Shown piece by piece: positions 39,923 to 50,309 of a stretch of DNA of 64,000 nt. The stretch is from Bacteroidales bacterium (GTDB lineage Bacteria > Bacteroidota > Bacteroidia > Bacteroidales > UBA10428): assembly GCA_016926205.1 (NCBI GenBank), contig JAFGPB010000073.1, positions 17,272-81,271 on the forward strand, given 5' to 3'. Every line of letters begins with the position of its first letter. Position 1 is the first letter of the stretch. The position numbers were made by a program, and so were the translations under genes. Below the pieces are notes generated by a model, which saw only the letters and a list, made by a program, of their open reading frames with translations, was not told where the DNA came from and did no database searches.

Positions 39923-41090
39923 CAACCGATTGTTCTTGTCCCGGATCCATAGTTTCCGACGCCTGTTGTTTCTTAATTCCACGGCTCACACTCAGGATCA
40001 TGCCAAATGCAATGCAAGTGAATAAAAGAGAGGAACCACCCATGCTGATCATGGGCAGCGGCAGTCCTGTAACTGGCAGGAGATTGACGACCACCGCCAT
40101 ATTGATGACAGCCTGGAATGTGATCATAATGGCCAGTCCCATAGCCAGGAATGCAGGAAAAGTCGTGGAACTGTTCCTCACCAGAACACCGGCCCTGAAA
40201 AGCAGATAAAGATACAGGAAAAGCACTGCAATACCCCCAAGCAATCCGTATTCTTCAATAATAATGGCGTAGATGAAATCGGAATAGGGGTGGGGAAGAA
40301 AATTACGCTGAATGCTTTTACCCGGTCTCAGTTTGACCAGACCCCCGCTGACGATGGCGATTTTTGCCTGACTCACCTGGTAGTCCTCTTCATTCCCTCC
40401 GTCAGCAAAATTCTCGATCCTGTTTTTCCACGTGCCTATACGGCCTTTCCAGTCATTCGAAAGGGCTGCCGTGATCAGGACTGCCATGATCAATGCCGCC
40501 AGTCCCGTAAAACCGAACAGGTAAGAAAATTTTATCCTTCCGATGAACATCAGGATAAATGCCGAGGTAAAAATCAGGAAAGCTGTGGAAAAATTGGCGG
40601 GTACGACCAGCAAACAGATGATCAGCAGGGGTATGATGATCGGTTTGAATGCTTTCTGGTAACTTTTAATATCATCCTGATTTTTCGCAAGAATCCTGGC
40701 CGTATACATAACAATGGCCAGTTTTGCAATGTCCGAAGTCTGAAATGTCAGTCCCAGTCCCGGTATCGCTAACCACCGGGCTGCTTCATTCCGACTCACA
40801 CCATATACCAGGGTTATGGCCAGTAGTGGTATTGCAACCGCAAGGAGCAGTTGCGAAAACCTGGAAAAATATTTATAGGGGATCAGGTGGGTGATGTATG
40901 TAATTAAAAGTCCCATCGCAAGAATGGTAGCATGCTTGAGGATGTAATAGCTGGTATTGCCCCCCTGGTACTGGTAAGCCAGTGAACCTGTTGAACTGTA
41001 GACTGCCAGAAGTGAAAAAACGGAAAGCAGGACGATAACGGCCCAGATCACCGGATCACCTCTGAAATATTTTTTAAATCCTCCTGCCAT
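39900..41090 (-). CDS. ftsW: SEDS-family peptidoglycan glycosyltransferase FtsW
   Basis: Polytopic membrane protein with HPYSDFIYA and PLPMISMGGSS motifs. Confidence 0.93.
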   Translation of the reverse strand: MAGGFKKYFRGDPVIWAVIVLLSVFSLLAVYSSTGSLAYQYQGGNTSYYILKHATILAMGLLITYITHLIPYKYFSRFSQLLLAVAIPLLAITLVYGVSRNEAARWLAIPGLGLTFQTSDIAKLAIVMYTARILAKNQDDIKSYQKAFKPIIIPLLIICLLVVPANFSTAFLIFTSAFILMFIGRIKFSYLFGFTGLAALIMAVLITAALSNDWKGRIGTWKNRIENFADGGNEEDYQVSQAKIAIVSGGLVKLRPGKSIQRNFLPHPYSDFIYAIIIEEYGLLGGIAVLFLYLYLLFRAGVLVRNSSTTFPAFLAMGLAIMITFQAVINMAVVVNLLPVTGLPLPMISMGGSSLLFTCIAFGMILSVSRGIKKQQASETMDPGQEQSVDEQEDHN

Positions 41091-41194
41091 GATATATTTT
41101 GATTTATTGACTTGATTATCTGTTTTTTCTCAATTTTTTAATTGGATAAAGAACTTCTCAATGATGCTATTTCAGTATATATTAATCCTTTTAT

Positions 41195-42532
41195 TTATAA
41201 TTCTTTCACATATTTTTTAAACTGCCTGCCCCTGTCTTCATAGTTTTCAAACAGGTCAAAGCTCGCACAGGCGGGTGACAGCAGAACGGTATCTCCTTTT
41301 TCACCGCATCTGTAGGCATTTGAAACGGCCTCCTTCATGCTGGCGGAATCGACAATAACGGGGACTGTGCCTTCAAATGCTTCGTGCAGGCGGGCATTGT
41401 CCTTTCCGAGACAGATCAGTGCTTTCACTTTTGATTTCACCAGATCTTCGAGTCCGGAATAGTCGTTGCCTTTGTCAATTCCTCCTGCAATCCAGATAAC
41501 GGGACTTGTCATGCTTTCCAGCGCATACCAGGTTGAGTTCACGTTCGTTGCTTTGGAATCATTGATAAATTCAATGCCGTGCACTTTAATGAACTTTTCA
41601 AGCCTGTGTTCCACTCCCGTGAAATCCATGAGACTTTCCCTGATCACAGGTTTCCTGAGCTTCAGGACGTTCCCTGTAATTCCTGCGGCCATTGAGTTGT
41701 ATGTGTTATGCCTTCCTTTCAGGGCCAGATCGGCAAGGGACATTTCAAAGAGTTCGTCATCCACTTCAATCTTCATGGTATCGCCGTCCAGGTAAGCTCC
41801 CGGCTGTCTTTTCTCCCGCATGGTGAATCCGAGCTGTTTTGCCTTCATGACAATTCTTTCAAGCTCCCGGATGGTGATTTCGTCATCGGAACAGTAGACG
41901 AAAAAATCATCTTCTGCCAGGTTCTGGCTGATTCTGAATTTCGAATTTACATAGTGCTGCAGGTTATAATCGTACCGGTCGAGGTGATCCGGAGTGATGT
42001 TCAACAGGATCGCAATATCAGCCTTAAATTCATACATCCCGTCCAGCTGAAAACTGCTGAGCTCGATGACATAGTAATCATAGTTTTCGGTTGCTACCTG
42101 CATTGCAAAGCTCTTACCCACATTGCCTGCGAGTCCGGCATTCAATCCTGCTTTTCTGAGCATATGATGAATCAGGCTTGTCGTTGTGGTTTTGCCATTA
42201 CTGCCTGTAATGCATATTTTTTTTGCAGTAGTATATCTTCCTGCAAATTCAATTTCTGAAATGATTCTTAGCCCTTTTTTTCTGATGATCTGAACGATTT
42301 CTGATTTTTCGGAGATTCCCGGACTTTTGATGATTTCATCGGCATTCAGTATGAAACGTTCTGTATGTCTTCCCTCTTCAAAATCGATTTCATAGTTTAA
42401 AAGAATTTCCCTGAAAGATTCCTTAATTTTTCCGGAATCTGAAATGAATACATCGTAACCTTGTTTTTTTGCCAGTACGGCTGCGCCTGTCCCGCTTTCG
42501 CCAGCGCCGAGTATTACGATACGTTTTTCCAT
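41195..42532 (-). CDS. murD: UDP-N-acetylmuramoylalanine--D-glutamate ligase
   Basis: GAGESGTGAA and TGSNGKTTT motifs. Confidence 0.95.
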   Translation of the reverse strand: MEKRIVILGAGESGTGAAVLAKKQGYDVFISDSGKIKESFREILLNYEIDFEEGRHTERFILNADEIIKSPGISEKSEIVQIIRKKGLRIISEIEFAGRYTTAKKICITGSNGKTTTTSLIHHMLRKAGLNAGLAGNVGKSFAMQVATENYDYYVIELSSFQLDGMYEFKADIAILLNITPDHLDRYDYNLQHYVNSKFRISQNLAEDDFFVYCSDDEITIRELERIVMKAKQLGFTMREKRQPGAYLDGDTMKIEVDDELFEMSLADLALKGRHNTYNSMAAGITGNVLKLRKPVIRESLMDFTGVEHRLEKFIKVHGIEFINDSKATNVNSTWYALESMTSPVIWIAGGIDKGNDYSGLEDLVKSKVKALICLGKDNARLHEAFEGTVPVIVDSASMKEAVSNAYRCGEKGDTVLLSPACASFDLFENYEDRGRQFKKYVKEL

Positions 42533-42534
42533 AT

Positions 42535-43785
42535 TTATCGGATTTTAAGTGTAATTACTGTAAAGATTGCCAGCATGATACCAACGATCCAGAACCTTGT
42601 AACGATTTTGGGTTCAGGATACTTTAATTTTTGATAATGATGGTGCAGGGGCGCCATCCTGAAAACTCTCCGGCCACGGCCGGATATCAGCCGGGTGTAT
42701 TTGAACCAGCTGACCTGAATGACAACGGACAGGCTTTCCACAACAAAAATTCCGCAAAGGATGGGTATGAGCAATTCCTTGCGGATGAGGATTGCATAAA
42801 CGGCAACAATGCCTCCGATCGCCAGGCTTCCGGTATCTCCCATGAATACCTGCGCAGGATAGGAGTTGTACCATAAAAAGCCGATCATTGCCCCGATAAA
42901 GGCTGAAATGTAAATGACCAGTTCCTCGGTATTTGGCAGATACATGATATTCAGGTAGTCCGATATTATTGTATTGCTTGACACATATGCAAGTACTCCA
43001 AGTGTTGTACCCATAATGGCTGATGTTCCTGCAGCCAGTCCATCCAGCCCGTCGGTCAGGTTGGCTCCGTTGGAAACAAACGTTATGATGAAAATCACTG
43101 CGAGGGTAACCACAATCCATGCATATTGAGCGGCTTTTTCACCAAGGAACCAGAGCAGCATGGCGTAGTCAAATTCATTGTTCTTAAAAAAAGGTACGTT
43201 CACTTTGGTAGATTTTAAATCTTGGGTGATATAATTAATGACTGGCCCGCTGCTTTCTTCTCCATTGATAATTTCCGTAACGGGTACGCCTTTTTCATTG
43301 AGAACCTTTTCCCGTACGACGATATCGTCACTGAAGTGAAGTGTCAGTCCGACAACCAGACCCGCTATGATCTGGGCAAAAACCTTGAATTTGCCCCGCA
43401 ATCCGGATTTGTTTTTTTTGAATACCTTAATATAGTCATCAAGAAATCCGATCATTCCGAGCCATACAGTAATGAAAAGCATCAGCTTTAAGTACACGTT
43501 CTGCAGATCTCCGAACAGCAGCAGCGGCACGATGGTCGACAGCAGAATAATCAAACCGCCCATGGTGGGTGTGCCATTTTTGTTCAATTGACCTTCAAGA
43601 CCAAGATCCCTTACTGTTTCACCGATCTGGGCCGTTTGCAGCATCAGGATGATTTTTTTGCCGAAAAAGGTGGATATCAGCAGAGAAGTGATTGCTGCCA
43701 TGGCCGAACGAAACGATATGTAGTTGAACAGTCCGGCACCGGGAATGTCAAGCTGATCCAAATATTCAAACAGACTGTATAGCAT
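42535..43785 (-). CDS. mraY: Phospho-N-acetylmuramoyl-pentapeptide transferase
   Basis: NLTDGLDGLA and GDTGSLAIGG motifs. The ATG at 43785 is preferred over the extended ORF start. Confidence 0.95.
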   Translation of the reverse strand: MLYSLFEYLDQLDIPGAGLFNYISFRSAMAAITSLLISTFFGKKIILMLQTAQIGETVRDLGLEGQLNKNGTPTMGGLIILLSTIVPLLLFGDLQNVYLKLMLFITVWLGMIGFLDDYIKVFKKNKSGLRGKFKVFAQIIAGLVVGLTLHFSDDIVVREKVLNEKGVPVTEIINGEESSGPVINYITQDLKSTKVNVPFFKNNEFDYAMLLWFLGEKAAQYAWIVVTLAVIFIITFVSNGANLTDGLDGLAAGTSAIMGTTLGVLAYVSSNTIISDYLNIMYLPNTEELVIYISAFIGAMIGFLWYNSYPAQVFMGDTGSLAIGGIVAVYAILIRKELLIPILCGIFVVESLSVVIQVSWFKYTRLISGRGRRVFRMAPLHHHYQKLKYPEPKIVTRFWIVGIMLAIFTVITLKIR

Positions 43786-43792
43786 GATCCGG

Positions 43793-45274
43793 TTATAGGA
43801 TTTTATTCGTTTTAAAGATTTCTTCCACGATTTCGGAATCACTGAAATGATATTTTGTGCCCTTTATTTCCTGATAATCCTCATGGCCTTTACCTGCAAT
43901 GAGGATGATGTCATCAGGCCGGGCAAGCATACAGGCTGTTTTTATAGCTTCCCTGCGGTTCGTAATCGTGATGATCTTTTTCTGGTGCCTGGCATCCAGA
44001 CCGTTTTGCATGTCTTTGATAATCTGTTCCGGATCCTCATTCCTGGGATTGTCGGAAGTCAGGATTACCAGATTGCTCAATTCTGAAGCAATACGGCTCA
44101 TTTTTGGGCGCTTCATCCTGTCTCTGTCACCTCCGGCTCCAACGACAGTGATTACTTTCACGTCACCTTTTCTCACCTGATGTATGGTTTTGAGTACATT
44201 CTGAAGGGCATCGGGAGTATGCGCATAGTCAATAATTGCCGTGATCCCCTGATTTGAACGCATGTACTGAAAACGTCCCTTTACCGTTTCCAGTGTACTC
44301 AGACCTTGCAATGCCTCTTCTTTCCCGATTCCGAGAAGGCGTGAACAGGAATAAACAGCCAGAAGGTTATAGGCATTGAATGCACCTATGATTTTCGACC
44401 AGACCTGTGTCTGGTCAATTTCCAGCAACATTCCATCCATATGGCTTTCTATGATCCGGGCTTTGAATTTCACAAGCGATTTCAATCCATAGAATTCGAC
44501 CTTTGCTTTGGTGTTCTGCACCATAATCCTGCCGTTGCGGTCATCAGCATTGATGATGGCAAAACTGTGTTCCATAAGCAGATCGAAAAAAGATTTCTTT
44601 GCCTGGAGGTAATCATTAAAACTCTTATGGTAATCGAGGTGGTCATGTGTGATGTTAGTGAAAATCCCTCCTGTGAAAGTCAGTCCGGAAATGCGATTCT
44701 GGACAAGAGCATGGGAGCTTACCTCCATAAATGCATAGCGGCATCCCGCATCCACCATTTCCCGCATTGTATGGTTAAGCTGGACAGGATCCGGAGTGGT
44801 ATGTGTAGCTTCTCTTGGCTCATTTCCGATATAGTTGCAGATCGTTGAAAAGCATCCTGACAGGTATCCCAGTTTGTTGAAAAGTCGGTGCAACAGGGTT
44901 ACGGTTGTAGTCTTTCCATTTGTTCCGGTAACCCCGATAAGCTTCAGTTCTGAAGAAGGATGGTCATAAAACGCGGAAGCCAGCTTTCCCAGCGCAATGG
45001 CAGCGTTTCGGACGCGCACCGATGGAACGGTATAGTTTTTATCATATGCCGGATCATCATATACTATAGCTGATGCGCCCGATTCAACGGCCTGATCAAG
45101 GTAAAAATGACCATTGGTCAGAGTACCGGGGATCGCGACAAAGATCATTCCGGGAGAAACCTTCCGGGAATCAAAAACAACACCTGTAATTTGGGGATTT
45201 GAAACATCCGCCGGTCCCCTCTTCAAAAGGATTTCGCAACAAAGTAATATTTCTTCCAGTTTTTTTGCTGCCAT
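43793..45274 (-). CDS. murE: UDP-N-acetylmuramoyl-L-alanyl-D-glutamate--2,6-diaminopimelate ligase
   Basis: GVTGTNGKTT motif and a DNPR motif (TSDNPRNEDP). Confidence 0.93.
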   Translation of the reverse strand: MAAKKLEEILLCCEILLKRGPADVSNPQITGVVFDSRKVSPGMIFVAIPGTLTNGHFYLDQAVESGASAIVYDDPAYDKNYTVPSVRVRNAAIALGKLASAFYDHPSSELKLIGVTGTNGKTTTVTLLHRLFNKLGYLSGCFSTICNYIGNEPREATHTTPDPVQLNHTMREMVDAGCRYAFMEVSSHALVQNRISGLTFTGGIFTNITHDHLDYHKSFNDYLQAKKSFFDLLMEHSFAIINADDRNGRIMVQNTKAKVEFYGLKSLVKFKARIIESHMDGMLLEIDQTQVWSKIIGAFNAYNLLAVYSCSRLLGIGKEEALQGLSTLETVKGRFQYMRSNQGITAIIDYAHTPDALQNVLKTIHQVRKGDVKVITVVGAGGDRDRMKRPKMSRIASELSNLVILTSDNPRNEDPEQIIKDMQNGLDARHQKKIITITNRREAIKTACMLARPDDIILIAGKGHEDYQEIKGTKYHFSDSEIVEEIFKTNKIL

Positions 45275-47401
45275 TTAGCTAAAGCTCATTTCAAGAGTGA
45301 TTTTTGTCCCTTTTCTGATCCTTGTACCGGGGGAAACGGACTGACTTTTCACACTTCCGTATCCTTTTATTTCCACAAGGAACCCTGCATTTTCAAGCAG
45401 ATATATTGCGTCCTTGGCACCCATACCCTCGACGTTTGGTGTCAGATTTTCGATAATCTCACGTTCTTCAAAAGCGATGACGTCTGCCCTTTTTTCAGTA
45501 TTGACCCAGAATGCACTGGTGTTCTTATTGTCTAATGGAAGATCAAGTTGTTGCAGAACTTTTTTAAGTTCATCACGATTGCCATCCTTTGAATAAGGTG
45601 TTTCAGGAACTTTGTTACTGCCGGCCTTCAGTGCAGGGTGCATTTCAATTGAAGTCGAATAGACCTTTCTGGCAATTTCAAGAAAAACGGGTCCGGCCAC
45701 CTGGTTCCCGTAATAAACGTTTTTCGAAGGGGAATTGACAACTACAATACAGGAATACATGGGATCATCAGCAGGAAAATAGCCAACAAAAGAAGCCTGG
45801 TAACTTACTTCCGATTTGGATTTATATCCGTATTCCTTATTGTATATCTGGTTTGTTCCTGTTTTCCCTGCTATGATGATCTTGTCGTCGCGAAGGTTCC
45901 TGGCAGTTCCTGACTCCACCACTCCCTTCAGGATCTGATGCACCTGCCTGAGTGTTGATCTGGAACATACGGAGGACTTCAAAACCTGCGTGTCAAAACG
46001 CTTAACGACCTTGCCATGATAACGGAGTTCCTTGACAAACATAGGCTTGACCATCTTACCATGATTGGCAATGGCATTATAGAATGCAAGTGTCTGCAGA
46101 GGTGTCAGCCTGACCTCATATCCATGTGACATCATTGCCAGCGATATACCTGACCAGTAAGGATCGCCTGGATATTTAATCTCGGGGCGGCCTTCCCCGA
46201 TGATGTCAATTTCGAGTTTTTCATTCAGTCCCATATGATACAGCCGGTCAATAAAATGATGTTCATTGTTTTTGTAAGCTTCGGAAATGATTTTTGCCAT
46301 ACCTACATTGGAGGAGTATTCAAAAACTTCTTCAACCGTGATTTTGCCATAGCCACCCTGTTCATACTGATCATCACGGATCACGATGTCATAGATATTA
46401 AAAGTGCCGTTACCTGTATCAATGGTGTCTCCAAGCGCTACCACGCCATCCTCAAGAGCTGCCATCAGCACAGGCAGTTTGAATGTGGAACCGGGTTCCG
46501 TACTTTCTCCTACAGCATAGTTCTGTATTTCAAGGTATCTGCCATCATCATCTTTTCCGAGGTTGACCATTGCCCTGACTTCACCGGTTCGGACTTCCAT
46601 AAGTATAACGCTTCCATGATGGGCATCCTGAGAGACCAGCTGTTGCAGCAGAGCTTTATGTGCCACATCCTGAAGTGTTACATCAATGGTGGTAATGACA
46701 TCCTGACCATCCTTCGGTTCAATTTCATTACGGTCGTTCATAGGCATCCACACATTGCCCGAAAGACGCTGCATGAGCCTGATCCCCTCTGTCCCCGCAA
46801 GCTGATCATTATAAGCTCCTTCGATACCGACAACATTGCCTTGGGGATCCTGTGTGGTGTATCCGATAAGTCTTCCTGCCAGGGTTTGATGGGGCCTTAC
46901 GCGTCGGCTTTCCTGCATATAGATAAAACCTCCCTTAAACTGACCAAGGCGAAAGATCGGGTAAGTTTTAAGTTCTTTCAGCTGATTGTAGGTTACTCCG
47001 GTTTTGACCAGTTGATATCGGCGTCCCGTTTTCCTTGCTTCAACCAGCTCGTTTTTATATTGCTGTGTTGATTTGTCCCTGAAAAGCCGCGACAGCATCA
47101 TTGAAAGTGAATCGATTCCCGCATTGAAGATTTTGTCAGTAAGGTTTGGACATTTCGCATCAAACCTGATCTCATAATGGGGGATTGAACTTGCAAGCAA
47201 CCGGCCATCTGCGGCATATATGCTGCCTCGATCGGCAGGAATGGACATTGTCTTTATGGAGAAATCACCGGCTTTTGCCTGCCACTTTTCTTTTTCGAAT
47301 ACCTGTAGGTAAATCACCCTTCCGATTATGGCAAAACCTGAAAGCAGAAATATGATGTACACGATTGCCACACGCCATAATATTTCTTTCTTGACTGACA
47401 T
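45275..47401 (-). CDS. ftsI: Penicillin-binding protein 3 type transpeptidase with a C-terminal PASTA-like domain
   Basis: STFK, SSN and KTGT motifs, plus an N-terminal TM anchor. Confidence 0.92.
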   Translation of the reverse strand: MSVKKEILWRVAIVYIIFLLSGFAIIGRVIYLQVFEKEKWQAKAGDFSIKTMSIPADRGSIYAADGRLLASSIPHYEIRFDAKCPNLTDKIFNAGIDSLSMMLSRLFRDKSTQQYKNELVEARKTGRRYQLVKTGVTYNQLKELKTYPIFRLGQFKGGFIYMQESRRVRPHQTLAGRLIGYTTQDPQGNVVGIEGAYNDQLAGTEGIRLMQRLSGNVWMPMNDRNEIEPKDGQDVITTIDVTLQDVAHKALLQQLVSQDAHHGSVILMEVRTGEVRAMVNLGKDDDGRYLEIQNYAVGESTEPGSTFKLPVLMAALEDGVVALGDTIDTGNGTFNIYDIVIRDDQYEQGGYGKITVEEVFEYSSNVGMAKIISEAYKNNEHHFIDRLYHMGLNEKLEIDIIGEGRPEIKYPGDPYWSGISLAMMSHGYEVRLTPLQTLAFYNAIANHGKMVKPMFVKELRYHGKVVKRFDTQVLKSSVCSRSTLRQVHQILKGVVESGTARNLRDDKIIIAGKTGTNQIYNKEYGYKSKSEVSYQASFVGYFPADDPMYSCIVVVNSPSKNVYYGNQVAGPVFLEIARKVYSTSIEMHPALKAGSNKVPETPYSKDGNRDELKKVLQQLDLPLDNKNTSAFWVNTEKRADVIAFEEREIIENLTPNVEGMGAKDAIYLLENAGFLVEIKGYGSVKSQSVSPGTRIRKGTKITLEMSFS

Positions 47402-47407
47402 AATCCG

Positions 47408-47836
47408 TTATTTTCTGACCAGTTTTTTCGGTGGCTCAACAGATTCAACCAATCCAAGATTTCGCTCCCGGATCAGTTCCGTTACTTCTGACGGTCTGCT
47501 GATGTTCATCAGTTCAGCAGTGGTTGTAATTTGTTCTGCACGCAGGTTGGTTACTTCGGTTTTGGCCTCACTGATATTCCTGACAACCCGTTCTGCATAA
47601 AATCGGTTACCGATGTAAATGATCCCTAGAAAAGTCAGGAACAAAATATAGGGCAGCTGTTTTCTTGTATCTTCACGAACCAGGATGGTTCCGTCAATGA
47701 GCTCCTTGATTCTGACTCTCGGCTTTTTTTTCGCGTTCTCTTCACCGGCGTTTTCCCAATTTTCATGGTGTTCAGGACTTTCTGCCGGTGGAGGTTCGAC
47801 TTCTATGAATTCCGGATGAAAGGTTTCGCGGTACAT
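47408..47836 (-). CDS. ftsL: FtsL-like cell division protein
   Basis: Single TM helix (LPYILFLTFLGIIYIG) followed by a short coiled region. Its position between rsmH and ftsI is conserved. Confidence 0.7.
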   Translation of the reverse strand: MYRETFHPEFIEVEPPPAESPEHHENWENAGEENAKKKPRVRIKELIDGTILVREDTRKQLPYILFLTFLGIIYIGNRFYAERVVRNISEAKTEVTNLRAEQITTTAELMNISRPSEVTELIRERNLGLVESVEPPKKLVRK

Positions 47837-47843
47837 AATCTGA

Positions 47844-48743
47844 TCATATTTTAATTGCTATCCTTAATCTTGCACTTCTTGACCTTGGATTCTTCATGAT
47901 CTCTTCTTCTCCGGGAATTAAAGGTTTTTTGGTTATGACATTAAAATGTGATGACCATTTACCATACAGATCCTTCTCCGGAGGGCCATCGATCTTTCCC
48001 CATTTCATAAAGTTCTTCACCATTCTGTCTTCAAGCGAATGGTAACTTACAACGACGAGCCGGCCTCCACTTCTTAACAATTCAACTGAACTGTGCAGAA
48101 AGATCCGTAAATTTTCCAGTTCCTGGTTCACTTCGATCCTGAGTGCCTGAAACACCTGTGACAAAAACTGATTTTCAGTCCTTTTCGGTACAATTTTCTG
48201 TATACATCCAATTAACTGCATGTTGGTTTCGATTTTTTCCTCCTTCCTTTTTTCAGCAATCAGGTTTGCAAGTTTGTCAGCCTGCTTCAGTTCTCCGTAT
48301 TCTTTCAACAACCCTGACAATTGGTTCACGTCGTATTCGTTAATTACTTTTTCTGCAGTGATGGTGCTTTTGGTGTTCATGCGCATATCAAGCAGCGCCT
48401 CGGTCCGGTAGGTAAATCCTCTTTCTGCCTGATCGAAATGGCGGGATGAGACCCCGAGGTCCGCCACAATCCCGTCGACTTGTTCAATTCTGTAATACTT
48501 CAGGTAGTTTTTAATAAATTTGAAATTCCCATGGATGAAAAAAAAATTCTGGTTTTCAGGCAGATCGGCAGATGCCGCTTCGTCCATGTCAATGGCAAAA
48601 AGCTTTCCGCAACTCAATTTTTTCAGCAGGATTTCTGAATATCCGCCATCCCCGTATGTAGCATCAACATAAGTGCCTTTTGGATTCACATTCAGTCCAT
48701 CAATACATTCATTCAACAGAACCGGTACATGATCATTACCCAT
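47844..48743 (-). CDS. rsmH: 16S rRNA (cytosine1402-N4)-methyltransferase
   Basis: HVPVLLNE, DATYGDGGYS and SYHSLEDR motifs. Confidence 0.95.
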   Translation of the reverse strand: MGNDHVPVLLNECIDGLNVNPKGTYVDATYGDGGYSEILLKKLSCGKLFAIDMDEAASADLPENQNFFFIHGNFKFIKNYLKYYRIEQVDGIVADLGVSSRHFDQAERGFTYRTEALLDMRMNTKSTITAEKVINEYDVNQLSGLLKEYGELKQADKLANLIAEKRKEEKIETNMQLIGCIQKIVPKRTENQFLSQVFQALRIEVNQELENLRIFLHSSVELLRSGGRLVVVSYHSLEDRMVKNFMKWGKIDGPPEKDLYGKWSSHFNVITKKPLIPGEEEIMKNPRSRSARLRIAIKI

Positions 48744-48793
48744 CTGACTTTTATTGAGTTATTTCTTTCTTATATATGGGACATACAGCATGG

Positions 48794-49288
48794 TTATGTT
48801 TGTTTGTCAGATTCATGCAGAGTATTTCCCATTATTTTTTCAGCCAGTGAAGCAAATCTTTCATCACCGCTTTCAACCGTTTCATACAGGTCCTTAGACC
48901 AGATTTCAATTTTGCCGAACTGGCCCGCCAATACAATTTCCCTTTCCGCGTTAATTGAATCCAGCAGTCGTTTAGGAATCAAAAGGCGGTTGCTGGCATC
49001 AATTGACAATTCGGCAATACCCTTGAAAAATCCCCGCAGGAATTTGTTGTGCTCGCGGTTAAAAGGATTTGTATTGTTCCGCAGGATCTCATTCTGACGC
49101 TGCCACTCGTCCATGGGATATAAAAGCAGGCAGGATTCAAAAATGTCTTTTTTGATTACAAATCTGTCCTGCATCCCGCCCTTACCGGCAACAGCCAACT
49201 GGTTCATTTGTTTGATAAGGGCAGCAGGAAGAAGAACCCGTCCCTTATTGTCAAGCCTGCATGTATAGTCACCGATGAAGGTTATCAT
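48794..49288 (-). CDS. mraZ: Transcriptional regulator MraZ
   Basis: Two SpoVT/AbrB-like repeats (DNKGRVLLPA and DASNRLLIPKRL). The ATG at 49288 is preferred over the ORF-track start at 49336. Confidence 0.93.
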   Translation of the reverse strand: MITFIGDYTCRLDNKGRVLLPAALIKQMNQLAVAGKGGMQDRFVIKKDIFESCLLLYPMDEWQRQNEILRNNTNPFNREHNKFLRGFFKGIAELSIDASNRLLIPKRLLDSINAEREIVLAGQFGKIEIWSKDLYETVESGDERFASLAEKIMGNTLHESDKQT

Positions 49289-49330
49289 AAAATACCCGGT
49301 TGATTTGAAACGTAAAAATAATACATTTAT

Positions 49331-49366
49331 TCCCACATTATACCACTATTCCCCATTTTTTCCCAC
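49331..49366 (-). promoter_or_regulatory. Putative MraZ operator: four GTGGGA-like direct repeats in exact 10-bp phase
   Basis: The minus strand reads GTGGGA (49366-49361), ATGGGG (49356-49351), GTGGTA (49346-49341) and GTGGGA (49336-49331). The array lies 43-78 nt upstream of the mraZ ATG. Confidence 0.6.
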
Positions 49367-49457
49367 TTTGTTGATAACTTTTACGTTTATATGTTAATTT
49401 AGTTTTATCTTTTTTCACTTTTTTCAATGGATATTTGTCGTGATGAGCTTATGATCT

Positions 49458-50309
49458 ATGAATGAGAGTTCTAATATACAGCCGGTTAGGGAGATCAATG
49501 TGAGAAGGGTCTTTGCCGAAAAGAATGCAAGGCTGGCCAAAATAATTCCCGGCTTCATGTTCCGCTATCTGGAGAAGGTGGTACATCAGAAGGACATCAA
49601 TGATTTTCTTGCGGTTCACGGCGAAAAAACAGGAATTGAATTCGTAAGGGCAGCTATTGAGGATTTCAATGTAACAGTCCATGTAAAAGGAGAAGAGAAT
49701 ATACCAGGGGAGGGGCGTTATATTTTTGCGGCAAACCATCCGTGGGGTGGTTTTGACGGACTGGTGCTCATGGAATTAATGAGCAGGTATTATTCTGAGT
49801 TCAGGTATCTTGTGAATGATATTCTGATGAATATTACGAATCTTCATTCCATCTTCATCCCGGTCAACAAGCATGGCAAGCAGGCATCGGAAGCTGCAAG
49901 GGAACTTGATGCCACATATCGTTCATCTGCGCAGATCGTCACTTTTCCATCGGGATTTGTCTCCCGGTTCATCAAAGGCCGGATCATGGACCTTGAGTGG
50001 AAAAAGAATTTCATCACAAAGTCAGTTCAATATAAGCGGGATGTTGTGCCGGTTTATTTCAGCGGCAGCAATTCTAAATTTTTTTACCGGCTTTACCGGC
50101 TCAGAAAATTGTTTGGTATCAAAGCCAATCTCGAAATGTTTTATCTTGTTGATGAAACCTACAAACACCGCAACAAAAGTATAACGGTCACTTTCGGCAA
50201 GCCAATTCCATCTGCCACGTTCGATAGATCCCGGACTCCGAAAGAATGGGCAAAATGGGTAAAGGAGCAGGTTTATGCGCTCGGGGGAGTGACTGACATA
50301 CCGTTATAG
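49458..50309 (+). CDS. PlsC-superfamily lysolipid acyltransferase (possibly an amino-lipid O-acyltransferase type)
   Basis: Histidine-aspartate block AANHPWGGFDG and a FPSG block. 283 aa, divergent from mraZ. Confidence 0.6.
   Translation: MNESSNIQPVREINVRRVFAEKNARLAKIIPGFMFRYLEKVVHQKDINDFLAVHGEKTGIEFVRAAIEDFNVTVHVKGEENIPGEGRYIFAANHPWGGFDGLVLMELMSRYYSEFRYLVNDILMNITNLHSIFIPVNKHGKQASEAARELDATYRSSAQIVTFPSGFVSRFIKGRIMDLEWKKNFITKSVQYKRDVVPVYFSGSNSKFFYRLYRLRKLFGIKANLEMFYLVDETYKHRNKSITVTFGKPIPSATFDRSRTPKEWAKWVKEQVYALGGVTDIPL

Noticed and set aside
49289-49336. ORF-track N-terminal extensions of mraZ. Similar extensions occur for glxK to 22082, rnhA to 24037, murG to 39982, mraY to 43842, lon from 5655, pyrE from 11417, and the S46 peptidase to 26739.
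   Set aside because: In each case the conserved family N-terminus begins at an internal ATG. The extensions use weak start codons, run over neighbouring genes or regulatory repeats, and add non-conserved sequence.
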